Below are positions 61,121 through 64,000 of a stretch of DNA of 64,000 nt, piece by piece. The stretch covers positions 54,126,001 to 54,190,000 of the forward strand of contig NC_135658.1 in assembly GCF_964188315.1 (NCBI RefSeq), in the 5' to 3' direction. The position numbers and the translations under genes are program-made. The stretch comes from Podarcis muralis. Its lineage: Eukaryota. A model generated the notes under the pieces. It did not search any database and had not been told where the DNA came from. It was given only the letters and a program-made list of their open reading frames with translations. Numbering within the stretch: the first letter of the stretch is position 1; every line of letters starts with the position of its first letter.

Positions 61121-63536
61121 ATAAGCTCACACAGGACTGGTTTGATCATATCATTGAAATATAAAACACTAGTTTATTCCCTTAATTACTGGCCTTACCA
61201 TTAGTAAAACTCTTTCAGGACAGCCTTTCTTTTGAGTTAGAAATAAGCTGACCTTAAATACATTTCATACTACCTAGCAGCTCTCAGAGGAGCTGGCTGA
61301 ATCAGCTGCCTGCATGTACATTATCTATTTAAAATATCATTCTACTGACAGACATAATTAAAGAGTTTGTGTAACACTGCCATTCCCATGTGAGTTTTGA
61401 ATGGGCCGTTTGTCTTCTTTCAGCCTGTGGTTTGTCTAAGTGGGCTTGCCCCCTGGAAAATGATTGCATGTGCGGCGTGACAGTCACAGAGGTACTACCC
61501 ATGCAGTGGGTAAGGCTGATGGTACCTGAGGTCTAACCACAGAGACCTGATAGATTTTAGTGGTTGCATTTTTAAGGGCCTTTCTCCCCAGCTTCTTAAA
61601 CAGTGTGTGATACTATATGACTTCAGCTTTCTATATACCTACTACCACAGTTTCTGATTCCTGGTGTTCAGTGCCAGTATATCTAAAGCTTTGGTTCATT
61701 ATACATTTGTTACTGTTTCTGCAGCAAACTTCTCCAGGCGAAGGATTGGCCTCTTTATTGTGTAGAATGATGAATCTGTTATTTTGCTGTGACTGAAGAG
61801 GCTAGCTCCCTGAGGGATACTGGAAAACCTCCACACAATGTGTCCGAACTCTCCCTGGAAATGCTTTCATGTGGAGAATGCATACAGGCTATCCTTGTAT
61901 ACAGCTGCAGCTTCTCAACAGCAGTTTCCATGACTGTGGCAGCATATGAATTTAGTTGAATCCCAGCCACACAGTTTTCAACAAATGCTGAAGGTGAACC
62001 TCTTTACTCTGGCCATTTGAGATGTATATTTTTTAGGACCCACTCTGTTTTTGTGATTGTATTCTTTGCAGTTTTAAAAACTGTTTTTAATGTTGTGTTT
62101 TAAATTGTTGCAACCCATTGTCAGACATTAGGGTGATAAATTATTGTTATTGTTTTTATCTTGTTGAAGGAGCTCCCCTATCCACTTGTCTGCTCATTAT
62201 GAGAAATTGAAAAAGGGAATTAAGAATTAGGAAGGTATTGTCCGCTATCTGTTTAGAATTTACTTCCACTTTCATCACATCTTCCTGTTATTGCAAACAG
62301 TTCTCAATTTTTATTTTTATTTTTAAAAAAGCTGTTAAAGCTCAAGCTTAGAATGAAAGCCAAATGCTTCACATATTCTTTGCCAGTTTCATTCTGGGAA
62401 ATTTAGCTGTTGCTGTGTGGGTGTTCGATACATGTGGGTGGAGAGAAACAATGTCTTAAAAACCGGCATTGAAGCCAGGCACTGACAGGAATAGCTGACT
62501 GGACCTTAAACTGCCAGGCACCACACCCTAGCAGAACATCTCCAGTTCCACATTTTGCATCCCAAGAAACCCTTCTCAGTTCATTTCCATATATGTGTTA
62601 TGTACATGACAAATGCTTTCTAACAGCTTATGTTACAAACTTTGAGAGCTGGAATTTTGGGCTTCATCCAGTGTCTTGACAGAGTGAAAAAGGGGGTCTG
62701 CCTACAGTTGCAATGCACATTTACTTGGATGTGAGCTCTGGCTTACTGCTTGGAAAGAATTGTGATTTAAATAGCCTAGTAATGCTGTTATAAAGAGTGT
62801 TGAGTCACTCACCACTCAATGGACTGCTGATTCATTGGGATATTCCACTTTTCTTTGTTCTTTCAAAAGCCGGTACAGAACACATACCACATTTCCCCCC
62901 CCCCTCTAGTTCTTCTCCCTTTGTTCTTCTCCCCAACCAGCAAGTGGGTTGGTTTTGAGGTTGTTGTTTTTTTACCACTTCCCATAGGTATGACACTCCT
63001 TAGAAAGTCCATCACATATTCAGTTATAGTGGTATCACATGCCATTGTGATCTGCTTGTATTGCAACTAAAGCTACATGCGAAGAATTTCTTTTGGCTGG
63101 GTGGGTTTCAATGAAATGCTTTAGGGGGACAATTTCTCCTCTGATTTCCCAAGAGCAGCCACCATCAAAAATGGTGGATAATATTAAGAGAGAATTCTGC
63201 AAAGAGGCCTTCTTTTTCTGAGAAAAGGGATGGGGGAATATTTGGAATATTTTCAAATATCTTCTGATATTTTTTGGCTTGACTCTTAATTGCTGATGGT
63301 GTTATTACAGCAAAACTGTGCCAGCATCAGCAAAAGATGAAGGCTTGGCGTTCCTTCTTGATGAGAGACAAAATTAGTTTACACCAAAGTGTGTTTATTC
63401 TTCATGAAAGGAGGGCTGCGAAAAAGTTGAGAAGAACACAGGATTATTCCATGAAGCCCCACCACCATCTCTAATCCTTAACTACATATGGCATCTGGTT
63501 GGCCACTGTGAGAACAAGATGCTGGACTACCTAGGC

Positions 63537-63723
63537 CAGGGGTCTGCAACCTTTAAGACAAAAAGAGCCACTTGGACCCGTTTCCGAAGGGGGGAAAAAC
63601 TGGGAGCCGCAAAACTCGTCATTATAAAAATAACTTTTTTGTCACTTTTTTTTATTATTTCTTTGTTTGACTCCTCAGAATTACTCCTCTTCATAGAAAT
63701 AAACGTTAAATTAACAAGTTACC

Positions 63724-63775
<52 letters not shown>

Positions 63776-64000
63776 CTTCACTCCCCTTCAAAACAGTGAC
63801 CAGCGTACATGCCCCTTACAATGTAGCGGGCGGGCGGGAAGGTGACGTCGCGACAGTGCGTGACTAACGCACGCACCGCCCCCATGCGACATCACAGCCA
63901 GTACAGCGCCCGCCACAGTGGGGAGTGTCAGGGCGCACAATGCGCCTCCTTCCCTCGCTAGTATCCGCCCCGGAGCCGTGGCAAAGGTGTAAAAGAGCCA
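63537..64000. mobile_element. Young CpG-rich hAT (Charlie-type) non-autonomous element, runs to the window edge
   Basis: Starts caggggtctgcaacc after acctaggc (CTAG-centred target). The subterminal motif aaaagagcca occurs near the start and again at the window end. The second TIR lies outside the window. Confidence 0.75.
63726..63774. repeat. (TG)n microsatellite inside the hAT element
   Basis: About 24 perfect units. Confidence 0.95.

Noticed and set aside
61764-61794. ATGATGA ... CTGA pairs resembling snoRNA C/D boxes (also near 2627-2660)
   Set aside because: The spacing is too short (about 25 nt) and there is no terminal stem.

Overview
Vertebrate non-coding DNA, AT-rich and dense in transposon remnants. 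The repeat content (Sauria SINEs of two subfamilies, Bov-B RTE LINE stubs, L1, L2 and CR1 fragments, TA-flanked Tc1/mariner Tigger-type MITEs, hAT MITEs with 8-bp TSDs) points to a squamate, most likely a lacertid lizard (inference from repeat families). I could not identify any intact protein-coding gene, tRNA, rRNA or CRISPR array. Almost all ORFs in the supplied track look like chance or repeat-derived frames. The one recognisable cellular-gene sequence is a decayed fragment of the 3' coding end of ZBTB24 at about 26560-27010, with an in-frame stop, a frameshift and a small deletion. The window is most consistent with a large intron or an intergenic region. The leads most worth following are the ZBTB24 relic, a closely spaced inverted pair of Sauria SINEs, a CpG-rich MITE carrying ETS/NRF1/CRE motifs, and several exon-like segments with strong splice signals that may belong to unannotated spliced transcripts. 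I found no convincing novel multi-gene system. Repeat family names come from recalled sequence signatures, not a database search.
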